Below are positions 42,386 to 56,843 of a stretch of 64,000 nt of DNA, in pieces (the stretch's first letter is position 1; each line of letters starts with the position of its first letter). The DNA is taken from positions 372,001 to 436,000 of the forward strand of contig NOWV01000028.1 in assembly GCA_003344405.1 (NCBI GenBank), given 5' to 3'. A program made the translations under genes and the position numbers. This DNA comes from Trichoplax sp. H2 (taxonomy: Eukaryota). Under the pieces are notes generated by a model, which saw nothing but the letters and a program-made list of their open reading frames with translations, ran no database searches and had not been told where the DNA came from.

Positions 42386-44328
42386 GGGCGTAACCATTGT
42401 TTTATTTATTGATTATTTGGATATTTATATTTGTTAGTCAACCTGTGACGACAGTGGGGACAAATGGACAATCAATCATTTCTTGTCCGTTGTTGTCATT
42501 AGTCAATGGAAAGGTAATCTCCACGCCAGAATAGTGTACAACAATATGATGCACAATATGATGGGTGTCATAAAGTACATTGGACCACGCTGGCAGTGCG
42601 CTAGTTTACTTTACTTTATCCAAGACAGGCTGAGACAAAGTAGAGTCTGTATGCAACTTGCAACGCCAAAGGTGGCGGCACTACAATAATAGTATCATGG
42701 ATGGATGTGGAGGAGGATTGAGTCCCTGGTGCCATCCAGGCACATACTGTACCTGTGTACCATGTCAATGGGTCCATTGATACGGTAATCGATTCAGAAT
42801 ACGATAGTAGCTTCAAAACCTTTCACAAGATGGACTTGTCCAAAAGAGAAATTGTCTTTTTTTGCCAATTCCTCAATCCTGATACAGAGTACGCTCGAGA
42901 CCCTAGTGTCCTATGGGATCGTTATAAACTACTGTGCTGTACCTCCAGTAGACACTACTGTCATGGAGTAGTTCGCGCACTCCCTACGAGTGTACAGTAT
43001 TGGAGACCCGAAAAGAATGTGACCAATGGAATGTGGAAAAGAAAATGTTCTTCCAGTACATTTTCGGTCAATATTGGCCCAGTAGAGTATTGTACTAGAC
43101 CACTCATTAAAGCCAATTGTATAGTACTATAGCTTGTACACTATTGTACCGTATGTACTGTCAAAAGTAGTGCAATAAAAATGAATGGTGGACTAACTCA
43201 ATTGATAGACTATTGCTAGCGAAATACGCTTTAAAATGTATACCAAAACGAATTTCATTGCTACTCGTGACTACAACTGTGAAAGATCTCGATCCACGGT
43301 ATGAATCACTATACAAATGAAATGGACGATCATTCAACCCTACAGACGAATAATACGAGTGTTACTCAAAATAATAAAGAATCATTCAGATACGCGTACT
43401 TTTCAAAGTTAATGATAAAAGCGTTCTAAAAATATTGCTGAAAATGAATTAAGCCCACGAAAGTGAAATGATACGAGTGGGGAGGCCAAGCCCAAAAAGG
43501 TGAATCGACTGGTAGTATAATAACCTACAGCGGTATGTTCAGCAAAACTTAAAACTACTACAGTATACTGCCATACTTTACCAAGGGCATACTGCACTGT
43601 ACTGGATCACACTCAGATCCACTCGACTTTCTGAGCGAAAGTGGACGGTCTTCTGTCCGTCCCCAACTAGACCACACAAAGCGCTGCAAACAGCAAATTT
43701 GGATAACAAGCGTGAGCAGTGTAGTGTATCGTTTCAGACACAAGATTGACTTAAAATAACTAGCAAAATAGTCGACCCACTTATTTTGACTAGGTAGAAC
43801 GGCTTTGCCCTGTCCCTCCTCCCTTTCCTGGTTACGATGCCCGCGGGCGGAGATCGAAGATACTAACCATCCGGGCCCCGAGCTTCAGCCTTCGGACTCT
43901 GCGCTCTGGGCCTGCGTCACAGCCGTCACGATACGAGCAAAAGGCGTTTGCGTGTTTGTACTGTAGCGAATAGAGGGTAAATGGTGAATAAGTTTCCTAT
44001 ACGATACTGTGCCTTGTGAGGTTAGCTAGTGTACTAGTATCTTACCTCTCCACATTACAGTACTTCAATTACAGTGCAAAGAAAAGCTTCTGATTCTACT
44101 CGAATCTCCATGGTGTTCATGTGCCAACTTGTGCCTTCCAGAGCAGTTTTGCAAATTCAAATCAATGCGTAGACATTAGACAACGTCCAATCCATTGGTT
44201 GTAGCTGGCAATACATCTCCTAATTCAACTAGCTATCTACTCGACTTATCGTATCAAGCAGTAGTTAATAATAAGGTTCAGATCGTCGCCCACAATCGGT
44301 CAAACCAAATCACTGGCACGCCTGCAAG

Positions 44329-47300
44329 ATGCCATCTAAACGCAAGAGCAAAGCTTCAGCTCCTAGTCGTAATAACCAGCCTCAATCTTTGCCTGCTCAT
44401 AAAAGGTATACCTTTTTACAATTCAATCCATAACTTACCGTTTCAATCAGTTATAAATGTCTTCATACTTTCGACATGGTAAATGGACGTATTGTAGTAG
44501 AATAGCACTTAACTTCATGGATGTGAAATAACGTGTCGAGTTGTGGAAATGATTGCATTCAACCTGCATACGCTCGTAGACGCCATGGCAGCTGCAGATA
44601 GCAGACACGTCTACAGCTGTTATCGTGTTGTTAATTCAATTTCATCATGCATCAATACGCTATAGCGTCCATTTTACTCGGGCAAACTACGGTTCTGTCT
44701 TCTAAACAACTGATGCAATTGCTAGTCGAACACTTGCCTTACTACCAACGTGTTATAGTCAATGAACATAACGTTATCTGCAATCACTCCTCAGTTATAG
44801 TAATCACTTGCAATGTTCGTAAACTAGAGCAAGCAATAGTGTACCTGCAATCAAACTCATCTTTTCTTGCGTAGGAAAAAGCTTAGCGATTTGAAAACGG
44901 AAGAGTTCCTTTCTTATGGTCTCGACAGTGATATCGAAGAAGACATTCAAGACGATGTCGACCATGAAGAAAAGAAAAGCGATGCAAGGTGCGTAATTCT
45001 CTATTGCAACGGAATGAAATGACAGACATGGTCAATTCATAACCTGCAGAAACCGTACAATTGCTACATCGAAGGCTTTACCAATCTAAGACAATTCTTA
45101 ATGTTTGCACTTTTGTAAACGGCGAATTAGCGATTGACTGCTGTAACACACCTGTTACTTAGTATTACGCCATAAAATCTGATTAATAATCACTATTTGA
45201 ATCTATTAGTGCTTCCGGTAAAACATCGAAACACAAGATGCAGCTGCAACGTCTGCAAGAAAACGATCCGGAATTTTACAATTATCTGAAGGATAACGAT
45301 CAAAATTTGTTAGAATTTGACGTCAGCGATGATGATGGTGATAATGACAATGACGATGATGGTGATGATGACAATGATGATGATAATGACGAGGATGATG
45401 GTGAAAATAAAAGTTCTAGTAGTGATGAGGAACAAAACGTCAAACAGGATATGCCAAATCAGAACGACCAACGTCAAGATCCTAGCATCCAACAGCATTC
45501 TGGTAAAGTAGTTACAGAAGAAATGGTCAACAAATGGAGAGAATTGTTTGAAGTCAGTTTTTCATCATCAATGATACCATTCTGTAATTACACCAAAATT
45601 ACGGATAACGTTTTCCTCTTACTTACTTCTGCCAATAGGCATATTCATATGCAGCCATGAAGCAAATCACTAAAGTATTTCATGCTGGCTTACATCAGCG
45701 CATCTTAACAAATGAGGAAAATCAAAACGAAAAATTTATTTACCGAATTGACAATGATGACGGTATACGAATACAGTTTCAATGATTTCTTATCTGGGAT
45801 TGAGTTATTATTTCCTAATTCAAATTTTCAATATGCTCTTACAAAACTATTTTTTCACGTTTTAGTCTTAAACGCTATTATAAACTTGTGTTTAAGCCAA
45901 ATTCCTTCGTATTTGGATCATTTCTTCCCTCCACCAGCGCAAGAAAAATCAAAGAAAAAGTTATAGAAATTATATAATTCCATTCGTAATATCAACATTG
46001 AATAATTACAAATTGCCCTATTTTCTACATACTGTATTAGACCCGATCTACCTTCGTCATCGAAGAAATGGCCGCAATTTAAATTATCTATTAAATCCTA
46101 TCTGTCTGATCTCTTGCAGGTAGATTTCTTCACTTTAGTATCTTACCTATTGAAATATTACAGAAAGTCGCTGATTTTTCCACTAAACATTAATTAAATG
46201 TTCTTTATTGATTCGGCACCATTTTTCTATATCCAGCTCCTTAAGCATATCTCTGATCCCAAAATATTATGTGGTATTCTACGCAGCTTCAAATCTATCT
46301 TTCGTTATTGCGGGTGTTTCCCCAAGTTATGCAGGCAGTATATGAAGGTAAATACAATTGAAACCCAATAAAGAATATGTCCATCATGTCAATGGATGTG
46401 CAGTTTCTGATAGTTGCTGTTTTGCATCTAAAATTAGCATTTGATGCATTTGTGGAGCTCATCAACACAGGAAGATGTACGTGTTTTAGCATTCTTATGC
46501 ATTCGAAAGTTGATGGATTTACTAACTTCGAAGGAATTTAACGAAACCATTAAAGTATATTTTGACCAAAGACGGTCTTTCAATAAATAATAAACTGACT
46601 CTTAAAATTCTGTGAAATTATCAATGTTGTATCTTATGTAAATTTATTACCAATCAATAATTTTACCAACTGTAGATGCGAAATGTTATCTTACCCCCAT
46701 TCTTTCTTACGTTTTATAGTTGATGTATACAGCGTATATTAGAAATTGTAAATTCACTACTCCAACTACACTACCATTTATTACATTTATGCAAAGCTGT
46801 CTACTCGAAGTTTACAACATTGATAGTTCCGTTACATATCAGCATGCATTTATCTACGTTCGCCAAATGGCCATCCACCTAAGAAATGCGATGACCTTAA
46901 AGAAGAAGGTAACCTACTGCATATTGTGCTTTATTGTTGCTCCCATAGATCAATGTGACTATTACACCCCCTTTAGAAATATTGACATTGATGTAACTGC
47001 ATTTTTTTTTAGGACGCTTTTCAAACTGTTTACAACTGGCAGTATTTGCACTGCATCCATTTATGGTGCAGAATTCTTAGCGATATTTCATGTAGAGAGG
47101 CATTGAAGCCTCTCATTTATCCATTAGTTCAGACGACATTAGGAGTTATTCGGTAAAATTATCTAAATTAAAATGATTGATTTTATGCTCGTTATTAGCT
47201 GTAACAATCTAGTAATTTCTTCAGCATATTGCAACTATAATTAAATACGTTGTTGCCGTGTATTTTTTTATTAATGGCATAATTAAGGTTGGTTCCAACA

Positions 47301-48651
47301 CCGCGCTTCTATCCGCTAAGGTTTCATTGCATTAGATCACTAAATTATTTAGCGCGCTCTGCGAAAACTTACATACCAGTTTCCTCATATTTACTTGAGG
47401 TGAGATATAAGTTATGCCATCGTCTTGTTGAGAGGTATTATGAACATACTGATATTCACATTTTCAATATACACCAAAGATATTGGACACGACTGAATTA
47501 ACAAAGAAGAGAATGAAGGAATCATCTGGTAAACCTATCGATTTTGTATATGCATTGAGCATGCCGAAATCAAAATTGGCCACCAAACAATTCTATGTAA
47601 GTATAGTTGATTCTACCAATAAACTTGCCTAATGAGTTTTGCCCCTAAAGTATATTCGAAGTTACTACGGATCGAACTTGCTGGTGATACTCTTATAATA
47701 AATTTCTTAGGATGCTACAGTGGAAAATATCTTTGAGTTGCTGTTAGACCACTATGCTGCTCATTCCTACTCTGTCGCCTTTCCTGAATTAGTTTATTTA
47801 GCTATCAGAACGGTATTATTATCATTAACATTTTAGCTAAATACTTTCTAATTGCTTTGCTGCAAAGACTGAATTATTTAATATTTACCTTGATATCCTG
47901 GTTGGTAGCTGCGACAATTCCTGAAAACGAGTAGCTTCTCCCATTATCGTAGATTAATGAAACAGCTTGTTGATAAGGTAGACTTAAGACTGTAGACTAT
48001 ACTCATCTTTGCAATCGTCTAATAGATAAGCTTAGTAATGAACTAATTCTCACTGTAACTTTTAGATTGAGGAAACGTCAAAAATTATTGACAGTAAACG
48101 CTCGATTGTAACTTTCGGACCTAAAGATGATCAACAGATTGTAAGTTTAAAGTGTCAAGGTAGCTCATATTGAAACATCTTGAAAACTGTTTTTAATAAT
48201 GGTTTTGTCTTTTGTCGCGTATAGCAACGTTGGGAAAGTGCTTTAATGTCTACTGTAAGTCCAATAGAGAAGTATTATAAAACTTGGATTACAGCGAAAG
48301 CAGATCGAATGAAACAAAATCTGGAAAATGCAAAGGTATACGATATATTGCAGCAATAAGTAATAACCGTAATTTAACTTTGTTATCAAAAAATTATAAT
48401 GAATTAATTAGTATTCGATATACCTTGCGATCTGTACGCAGGATGAAGTAAGTGAAAACCGAAGCAAAAATTCGAGACCTAGTAAAAATGCTAAGCGTAA
48501 GAATAATAAAAAGGCAAACCAAGGCCAAGTAGATAAAAAAATTGAAAAACGTGAAAAAGACGAAAAAGACATGTCCGACGGTAGCGAAGCGTCTGTGGAC
48601 GTAGATGATGAGGTAGTGGATTTGGAATTCTCTGAAGATAGTAGTGACTAA
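44329..48651 (+). CDS. NOC2L: Nucleolar complex protein 2 homolog
   Basis: Exon 1 44329-44405 (phase 2), then 44875-44988 [12 protein letters not shown], 45210-45552 [29 protein letters not shown] plus Asp tract. Later exons: [89 protein letters not shown]. Stop at 48649-48651. Confidence 0.93.
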
Positions 48652-49420
48652 AGACTTATAAATCTGTGATATGGTCCTATAAATGTCGCTTCCACTTCCA
48701 AGTCATAGTTACAATGACATATTTACGTGTTGTCACACTAAAATGAAGTCATGTATAGTCGAATTGCCACATAAGAACATGCTAGAATTGATGTTTATTG
48801 CAAAATTTTTCCATAATTTTTTATGCTAAAACAAATGCAAATCTGTATTTTATCTCAGCACACTGTCATAATAAAGTTTTTACATTTATGATATTGAACC
48901 AAGAGATGAATTCATAGACAACGGTGAGGAAAGTTCATTTTTCTCCTATTATAGTCGATATTTGAAACTCTCCAGCGATTTTATGGGTAGTAGTATCACC
49001 AGCTTCGCTTTTGCAGAATAGCTGGCGATGAAAACATTTTTATTCATTACAAAATAATTGATAATAAATTAATACTGTCTAAGCGTATTTAGCGATTTAT
49101 CTTTCAATATATCATCAAGGTTAATTGATATATTCCCGCATTTAAAGCACTAACGAAGATACCGTAGAAACGTACTGTTGTTAATATTATTCATAGTAAT
49201 ACCTTGCCATAATTTTAATCAACTCGTTTCTTTACTTTAGTGAGAAGGAATAGTGATAATACCTTAAAGTAGACTAACAGTCTAATACATATAGAAATAA
49301 TTGTATTACCAGTTAACGATCAATCTTCTAAGAGTACTGTAAACACCTACTGTCTACAAATGCTGAATATAAGATTGATTTGCTGTAAATAGAAGAGAAA
49401 GACACTTAAGGCATAATAGC

Positions 49421-51857
49421 TCATAACATTAATTCATCCGTATTAACTTCTTCTTTTTTATCTTCATATGATTCTGTGACTGTCACTTCATTAACGTCAG
49501 GAGCTAAAATGGCATAAAAATTAAAGTTGTGAGATTAAAAAAAGGATCTCAAATTCTGTAATTACATTAATATCGTCAATTTTAAGAAGAATTTGCAAGA
49601 AACTTTAATACGAAAGTACTGAAACTCTTTATGAATTACTATGTATCTCGTAGCCAGAAGATATTGCTTGTAGTAAAGATTATTTTGTGGCTCAATCTTT
49701 GTAATGAATCTACAGTACATACATACTCATTGCCTCTACATAGCAACACTAATCGTAAAGGCATAAATATACATGCAACTGCAATTTCCGTTGACAATAT
49801 GAAGGAATAAAAAATTACTCCAATCGCGATTTTTCACAGATCAAATTTTTCCAAGCGTCAACGATAGTAAAAATAAGTTTCGGCATGGTAATGCCTATTT
49901 AGCGAGTAGCATGCTCGCTCATTATACTATGCCCGACATCATCTACTTATTTTACTAATCCGAGAGGAATAGGATCGCTAGCCTTTTAAATTGGCATATC
50001 CACAATATTTTAACTCGTATATACAGCATAAATATGCCAAAATTTTGATTAAAGTAGAGTATATTAGCCCACTGCGATTCCTAAACTCACTAGATATAAC
50101 TGAAATTTATCCGTGAAGATAACCGGATTTCTAAATGATCAATACGAAGACTTGTAAATGAAATCGAAGGTAATAAAATTGAATAGTATAAAGGGAATTA
50201 TTCATGTAATAAGATATGCCGAGTACGTGTTCTAGTTGGAGAATATGTGTGAATTACATTATTTGACGTAGGAATAATTTACTTTACCTGGTACTACCAT
50301 CACAAGACTGCGAACACCATAATGTTCATCGGCTTTTTGCCCTAAATAGACCATGTAATAATCTAATGATTCACTTGCTGACTGTATCTGATTTTTAAAG
50401 TGACGATCAGCTCGACGTCGATTAGTTTCTGTTCCTAAACCGAATTGATAAATAATTCCAAGATGATAATGCTGTAATACATAGACGCTGTGATTATCGA
50501 GAGCAAGTTGAAAATATTTGTTAGTTTTGTTGATTTGAAATAATCGTTTTTTGGATTCTTTGTGATATAATTTACCCATCAAGTAATAAGCATAAGGGCA
50601 AGGCATCGCTTGCTTATACAGCTTGGCTGCAATATCTTTACGATGTGTTATTTTTTTTATTAATTTTCCAATTTGACAGTAAAAAAGTGGCTCTTCATAG
50701 TGTTGTGTGGCATAAGCTAGATAATGGCAAGCCTTGACCATGTTAACATGGCATCCAATACCATTTTTATATATTAAAGCTAATGCAATCGATGCTTTAG
50801 CTAATCCATCTCCCATACGGAAATCTCGAGAAACGATAGCTCGATTTAAATAACTGATAGCAATATCATAATCACGTTCAACGCTATAGCCGCACAAGTA
50901 GGCAACAGCTAAATCATAACATGTTCTAGCAAAGCTATAGCGGAAGGATTTTTGTAACATTTCAAAACGATTTATTATATCATTTATATCGCTATCATCG
51001 CATAATGTGACAACATCATGTTGAGCTAACGCATGGCCATTTTTAGCTGCTAAAAGTAAATAACGCTTATGTAAAATTCTGTCTTGTTGAATGCCTTGTT
51101 TTACGTTATAAATCCATCGTGATAAATTGAAATAGCCAGAAGGTTCTTCATGATCGCCAGCTTTTTCAAAATATTCTCGTGCTCGTGTGTACTCATCATC
51201 ATTTTTCTTGTTATAATAATTGAACTTAAATGTTAGATAACCTAACTGATTGTAGATTCTTCCATAATACTGTTGTGGGCTACAATCGACTTTCTCAAAA
51301 TCATATTGATTATCATCATAGTAACTGCTTGCTCTCTGATGCAATATTAAATCCGATTGGCGACATAGTGCACTATAGTAGGAATGGATTTGTTGACGCC
51401 ATTCTGGAAGTTTGCTATAATTTGACCATAAGCAGCGATCGGCGTCAGAATAAGCTTCGCCTTGTGCAGCCGATGTGATATACATTCGTACTCGCAATTC
51501 GATTAATTCCCTTTTATCCATAACACAAGCATATTGACCATGATTAGCCTCATCCCGACTGCAACATAGTTGACAAATATGATATTGGGCTGATGGATGA
51601 TTTAATTTAGCTGCTTGACTATAATGGATAAATGCTTGATTGAAATCTTTTGAAACTCTTCCTAAACCAAACTGATAGATATAACCTAATTCGAAATGAG
51701 AATGGGCGTCATTACTTGCTTGAATTCTCTCCTTATACAACTGTATCATTTGATCGTATAATTCGTTGTTAATTTTTTCCCTAGTTAAATGTTTCAAAAG
51801 TTGATTAATGTCTTTCTTTTTCCCGTAATGAAGGATAGTTTTTCGTAACTCTTCCAT
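49421..51857 (-). CDS. Sel1-like repeat (SLR/TPR) protein; large exon 50288-51857 plus a probable last exon 49421-49503
   Basis: Several Sel1 repeats (HFELGYIYQFGLGRVSKDFNQAFIHYSQAA; YDLAVAYLCGYSVERDYDIAISYL; LALIYKNGIGCHVNMVKA; YHLGIIYQFGLGTETN). Donor CAG|GTAAAG at 50287 and acceptor TTTTAG at 49504 are phase-compatible. Confidence 0.82.
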
Positions 51858-54800
51858 GGCTTAAAGGATAGACTATTTCGATGATCAAGTTGATATGTGC
51901 TTGATATCAGTAAACTGTGCCTGCAGTTGGGTAAGAATGGATAGTTATTGCCCTGCCCTAAGGAATGCATAGCGTATTTATGTACAAAATATAAGGATTG
52001 AATGCCTAAGCAATTATTTCAGTAACAGTTGGATATTATTGATGTTGTTATTGCGTCTGGTTATTTTCAAAGAATGCCCATATGCAATTAAATGTCAGTG
52101 ATAGTTGACGTTTTTAAGGCCGCTAATTAAAATAATGTTAAGACAGGATTGGATCCTTAATTCATCAATCTTACTCACATAAAATAAGATTTTCTTAATT
52201 ACAGGACCTGGGTAGTAAATTCTCAATATTATTTACGACTGAGCAAGGTTATAAATTCTTGGCAAGTACAGTAATATAAATATTGTCCTACGAATCTATA
52301 GAGAATAGAAAAAAAGGTCTTAAGAGTAAAGATATGACGTATAATTCTCAAGCATTTATTAAGCCAAGCCCAATTAATGTACAATACTGATCCTTGAAGT
52401 CATTTCCATCATAATACTACAATATATTATAGATTAGAAAAACAGGCTGGCAATGAGTGGCTCCAACGAACCCCCTGGAAAGAATGAATTCTTATTTTGG
52501 TGCCTTAATCGAGGAGAAACAAAAAGCATCTTCATCAGGTGACAGCCAACTATGTCTTAGTTATAATGATATATTAACCTATTACTGATTATAGGAGAAG
52601 ATAGGGATACTTGATTGTTAGGTAGAATATGCTCCCTCCCTACCTTAATTAATCATAGCGGTATTGAATCATCCATAGCTTGATGATTAAAGCGTCGGTA
52701 AGGCTTTCATATATGTCTTAGTTTCATTTTACTTACGTGTCTGCCATCAAATATAGTGGATCAAGATTGAAGTCATTCATATGCCGTATGAGAAAAGAGA
52801 AATGAAAGCAATACCGATCAATGAATCTCTTCTTTCAAGAATTTATTGGAGATTAACTGTAGTAGTACCGGAACGCCTACTTTCTAGCAGATTAGAATCA
52901 TTTAACAACGCTTTTATTTCTGATAAAAGATTGATTTGAAATTTATTACGTATCCTTATAACTATGTCTGTAGTCGCTACTATACCGGCATTTACTTCAA
53001 TGTTTTTAACATCGATGCCGAAAGAACAACACGTATTTGTTTTTTTAACATATCGAGTGTTATGCAGTAGAAATAAATTGGAAGTAAGATTTTTGCTGCC
53101 ATTTTAGGCCAAAAAATAGAATTTAAGAATTTATCCGCAATAACTGCGGCTATATCAAAAGTTATTATATCTCAGTCCACAAAATTCTATGAATATGGCG
53201 ATTAAATACTCATATGCTTTCAATTACGCATACCAATTGTCGAATAGATTATCTAATAATGACCATAAGACAAACTGGGATATATAATGTCATTTAAAAA
53301 TACGATTGAAAGGAAAGCTTATTATATGTTAAAGTTAGAAGTTTATATAATTTTAATCAGTGCCACCACCACAGTACTGAAACTGTTCTAATACCATGTT
53401 CATTTCACTGCTATGTACGCGTATACTCCATTTTCAGGGATTGTGCTACGGTCTGAAATAGTTTAGTAACACTTTGAGGTATTTTATATATTTAAATTGA
53501 ATTCCATAGTTAATGTTACTGAGGGGTTGAAATTTTTCTGAAAGGTAAGATATTTCAAGTAGCTATACGATAGTGTACGGTATTATTACAAAATCAAGAT
53601 TCGAAATGCTAAAGAGCACGTCGAAGAATCTGTGGCTCAATTATCCACTTCGATATTATTTTGCCACAAGGCTCCAACTTCTAACAAGTATCTCATCATC
53701 AAAGAACCACGTTAAATTGATGTCAGCAGCAATACTAAACCACAAATACAAATTCTATTGCACACTAGCCAATGCATAACTCACCCATATGAATATTATA
53801 GTTATATAAATGATATTATAAAATATGCGATTATTAACACTGAAATATTCAAAACGGTATGGAATACGAGTATAGTAAATTAGTCATTATATAGAATTAT
53901 TTAGTAACAAGTGTTCGAGGGGATGTATGCTTACGCTTAATAACAACGATTACGACATATAATAAAATGTAATCGTACAATAAGGCTATATCCGATTTAA
54001 TGTCCGGTAAAAAAATTGTGTGTCATCAGCCGAATTAACCTATGATAAAATCATTACTGACACGATATTAGAACCTTAATAAATTGCGATATAGTACTGC
54101 TTACAAGTACTTTATTGTATACTCGTATACTACTGAATACTGTATGCCACCAGAATATGAAATCTCGCTTATAAATCAGCTAAAAAATTACTTATAGATT
54201 TAATGTACACAGCTGTAATGCAGCCCCAAATATAGCTTAGATTACTATTATAAGACCGTACGAGAATAACTTAACTTGTAAGCTAATGCTTTAAATAGAC
54301 GCGCGAATTATGAATAGATTGCGCGATGGTAAATTTAGATCTGATCTTGCGACTTAATGGGCAAGATAAGATTTGTTACAGTAAAAGCATTCTGTAACTA
54401 ATCATATATAAATCGTGAATTTTGCTGTAATAAGTAGATTGTCAGATAGTCAGATAGTCCTTGATAGTTAGACGAACCTAACTTCTGTAATAAAGTGAAA
54501 TTTGCAAGAAACTGTAGTTCTTGATTTATTGTTTTGAAGATCACTTTATCACAACAGCATAGCCCACTGGCTTATAACGTTTATTTGAAATATTTCTCTT
54601 TCTTTTTCCTACGTTATTATCATACATGTAATATATACTATTCATTGATCTTAACGTTGCCATATCTGCCTGGCAATCATGATTAATAGCATTACATGTA
54701 GTATTAATACTATCTCTGCTGCTTTCTGTAGTATAAATTTTAAATATAACCGAAAACTACAGCGCTTAATACTATGTCATATATCTGCAATATTATGCCC

Positions 54801-55450
54801 GATATTATGTGATATAGAAACCGTATTTTATAGATCTTACAAGCTGACGTCGATCCTATCATGAAGTAGTCATTTAGGTATCCATGGAAACAGGTCTAAT
54901 AGCTATTTCTATTTTTTTGATGAACTTAAATTAATTCCAAATCACTTTATCGCCTTGATTATGTCATACTAGAGCGGTTATGAATTCTAATAGGCTAAGA
55001 AATGTTTATTTATTTAATATAGAATCATTGTGACTATGAAACAATGAAGATTTCCCATGATGCTCGAAAAAAATTCTTTCCTAGCTACTTTAATCTCCTG
55101 TCCGATACTAAATTACGTAATGGAATAGGGGCAGGTTAATGGTACTGTATAGTTTAAATTTTATTGAGAGTCTATTTAGGACACCAATTAATTATTCTAC
55201 AAGTCTCGTGGCCTTCTTAGAATCCACTACTAACAAAAGAGTTTCCAGTAGTATTGCTACTACATGTATTACAGCGGCCTACAAATGATACAAAGCTCCG
55301 AGTCTTGATGCTTTTCGTGTATCGCACAGCATTTTCTCAGGTTTGATTTACAAGTCTTTTCCCTCTTTTTCACACATTCTTTCACTTCATTTTCATATTC
55401 TGTGAATAAACTCCTTGGCTCTTTATTGGATATAATAACATACGAATACT

Positions 55451-56843
55451 ATGGATCCATCACCTATTCGTCCAGTTCCAGAACATACCGCTGTGCTAAT
55501 CGGTGTTGTTCATATCGTCAATAGTGTTACATCCGCTTTAATGGGGATTCTAGATTTATCATTATCCTATATTACGGACTATAACTACATTTATATTGCA
55601 GCCCCAATATGGTCCGGAATTTTCGTAAGTACCGGTACTACGTTGTAGAAAGATAACTTAAGTTATCTGATCCATGAGCTTTTATATCATAGAATAAGGC
55701 ATAAGGGATCAGGTATCTAATCTTAAAAAGTTTCTTTTTATTTAATGAAAAGGGTTAAGGTTATTCAACTATGTATAGATGTGCCAGCTAACAAGAATTC
55801 TTGTTTAATACCAGTATCTCATGGCCGGAATCTTTGCAATTGTGAGCCGAAAAACAAGAAACATCCATTTGGTAAATAAATAATGTAATTGATAATTTGC
55901 TTAGCGTAAGGAAAAGTAGGTATATTGCTAGCTAAATTAAATGTAATCCTATTTTCTATTGATTGATATTAGCATAGATTTGTATTAAAGCGTATAGGCT
56001 CGGTATAAATTTTAACCAGTTGTACGATTTTATAGAAATTGATTTTAACCAATATTGAATCGATATTTTATTTCTTCTAGGTTAATAGTTTCTTCGCATT
56101 CTCGCTCTTATCCACCGTTTGTGCTCTGACCTCCACCGTTCTTTTCACTTACGGTAGAGCGAATTCTACGCCTGATAGCTATCCAATTGCAATGGTTGGT
56201 ATCCCGATTTCGGTAATAGCCTTCGTTTTTGGAATATGTGGCACTGTCATTGCAGGTTACGGAATGAATTGCGACTGCGGTGCTAATTCTTCTCAACTTA
56301 CTGGCCAATTTATTTATACAAGGGACGTATTAAATCATCCTGACCAGGTAAATTAGAAAATAAACTAAGTCGAATAAAAAATAGAATATTCCAATTTCTC
56401 TAGAATTATAGTTAAGCATATAACTCCAGCAGTTATTTATGAAATATCAAAATAACCTTGAATATTTATTTGAAAGGTTCAAGATCGTTCTAAAATATTT
56501 TATATCTACTTTATTTTAAATCAGTAGTAACATCTATAATTTTATTTCTTATTTGCAGCCTATTCGAGTGGTTCATGGAGCATATCCAGTACCGACTTTG
56601 AACGTTGGAAAAGATGGCCGTATCGGTAAGTTGGCAATTTGTAACGCTATTGACTACCAAATCTAAATCCATCTAATAAGTATTGACCATCACGATCTTA
56701 TTGCAGTCCAAAGTCCAATATCCTATCCTGTTGGATATGGAAATCAGCCACAAGACCTAAATCTGCCTATAATTGGACAAAACTCTTCTTCCATGCTACC
56801 TACAACTATGCATGAACCCCTATTGCCTAGCAATCAAAATTGA
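55451..56843 (+). CDS. MS4A/CD20-like four-pass membrane protein, copy 1
   Basis: Exons 55451-55624, 55815-55871, 56081-56347, 56559-56625, 56707-56843. LIGVVHIVN..LMGIL, YIAAPIWSGIFYLMAGIFAI (CD20-family P.W.G motif), four hydrophobic segments, Cys cluster, Pro-rich tail. Confidence 0.75.

Noticed and set aside
41415..42393. Overlapping Tyr/Cys/Thr/Val-rich ORFs and CRISPR-like cassette spacing
   Set aside because: The ORFs arise from a stop-poor satellite. The spacers are low-complexity and related to each other, no cas genes are present, and the context is eukaryotic.
44585..44665. MAAADSRH with a good Kozak context, resembling the human NOC2L N-terminus
   Set aside because: No phase-2 donor is available; exon 44329-44405 fits the required phase.
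45310..45511. Poly-Ile and poly-Met ORFs
   Set aside because: Alternative frames of the NOC2L Asp-rich GAT tract.
50259..50287. ORF-track C-terminus (GKVNYSYVK*) implying a fully intronless Sel1 gene
   Set aside because: A strong donor and a phase-compatible downstream exon suggest splicing; unconfirmed without RNA data.
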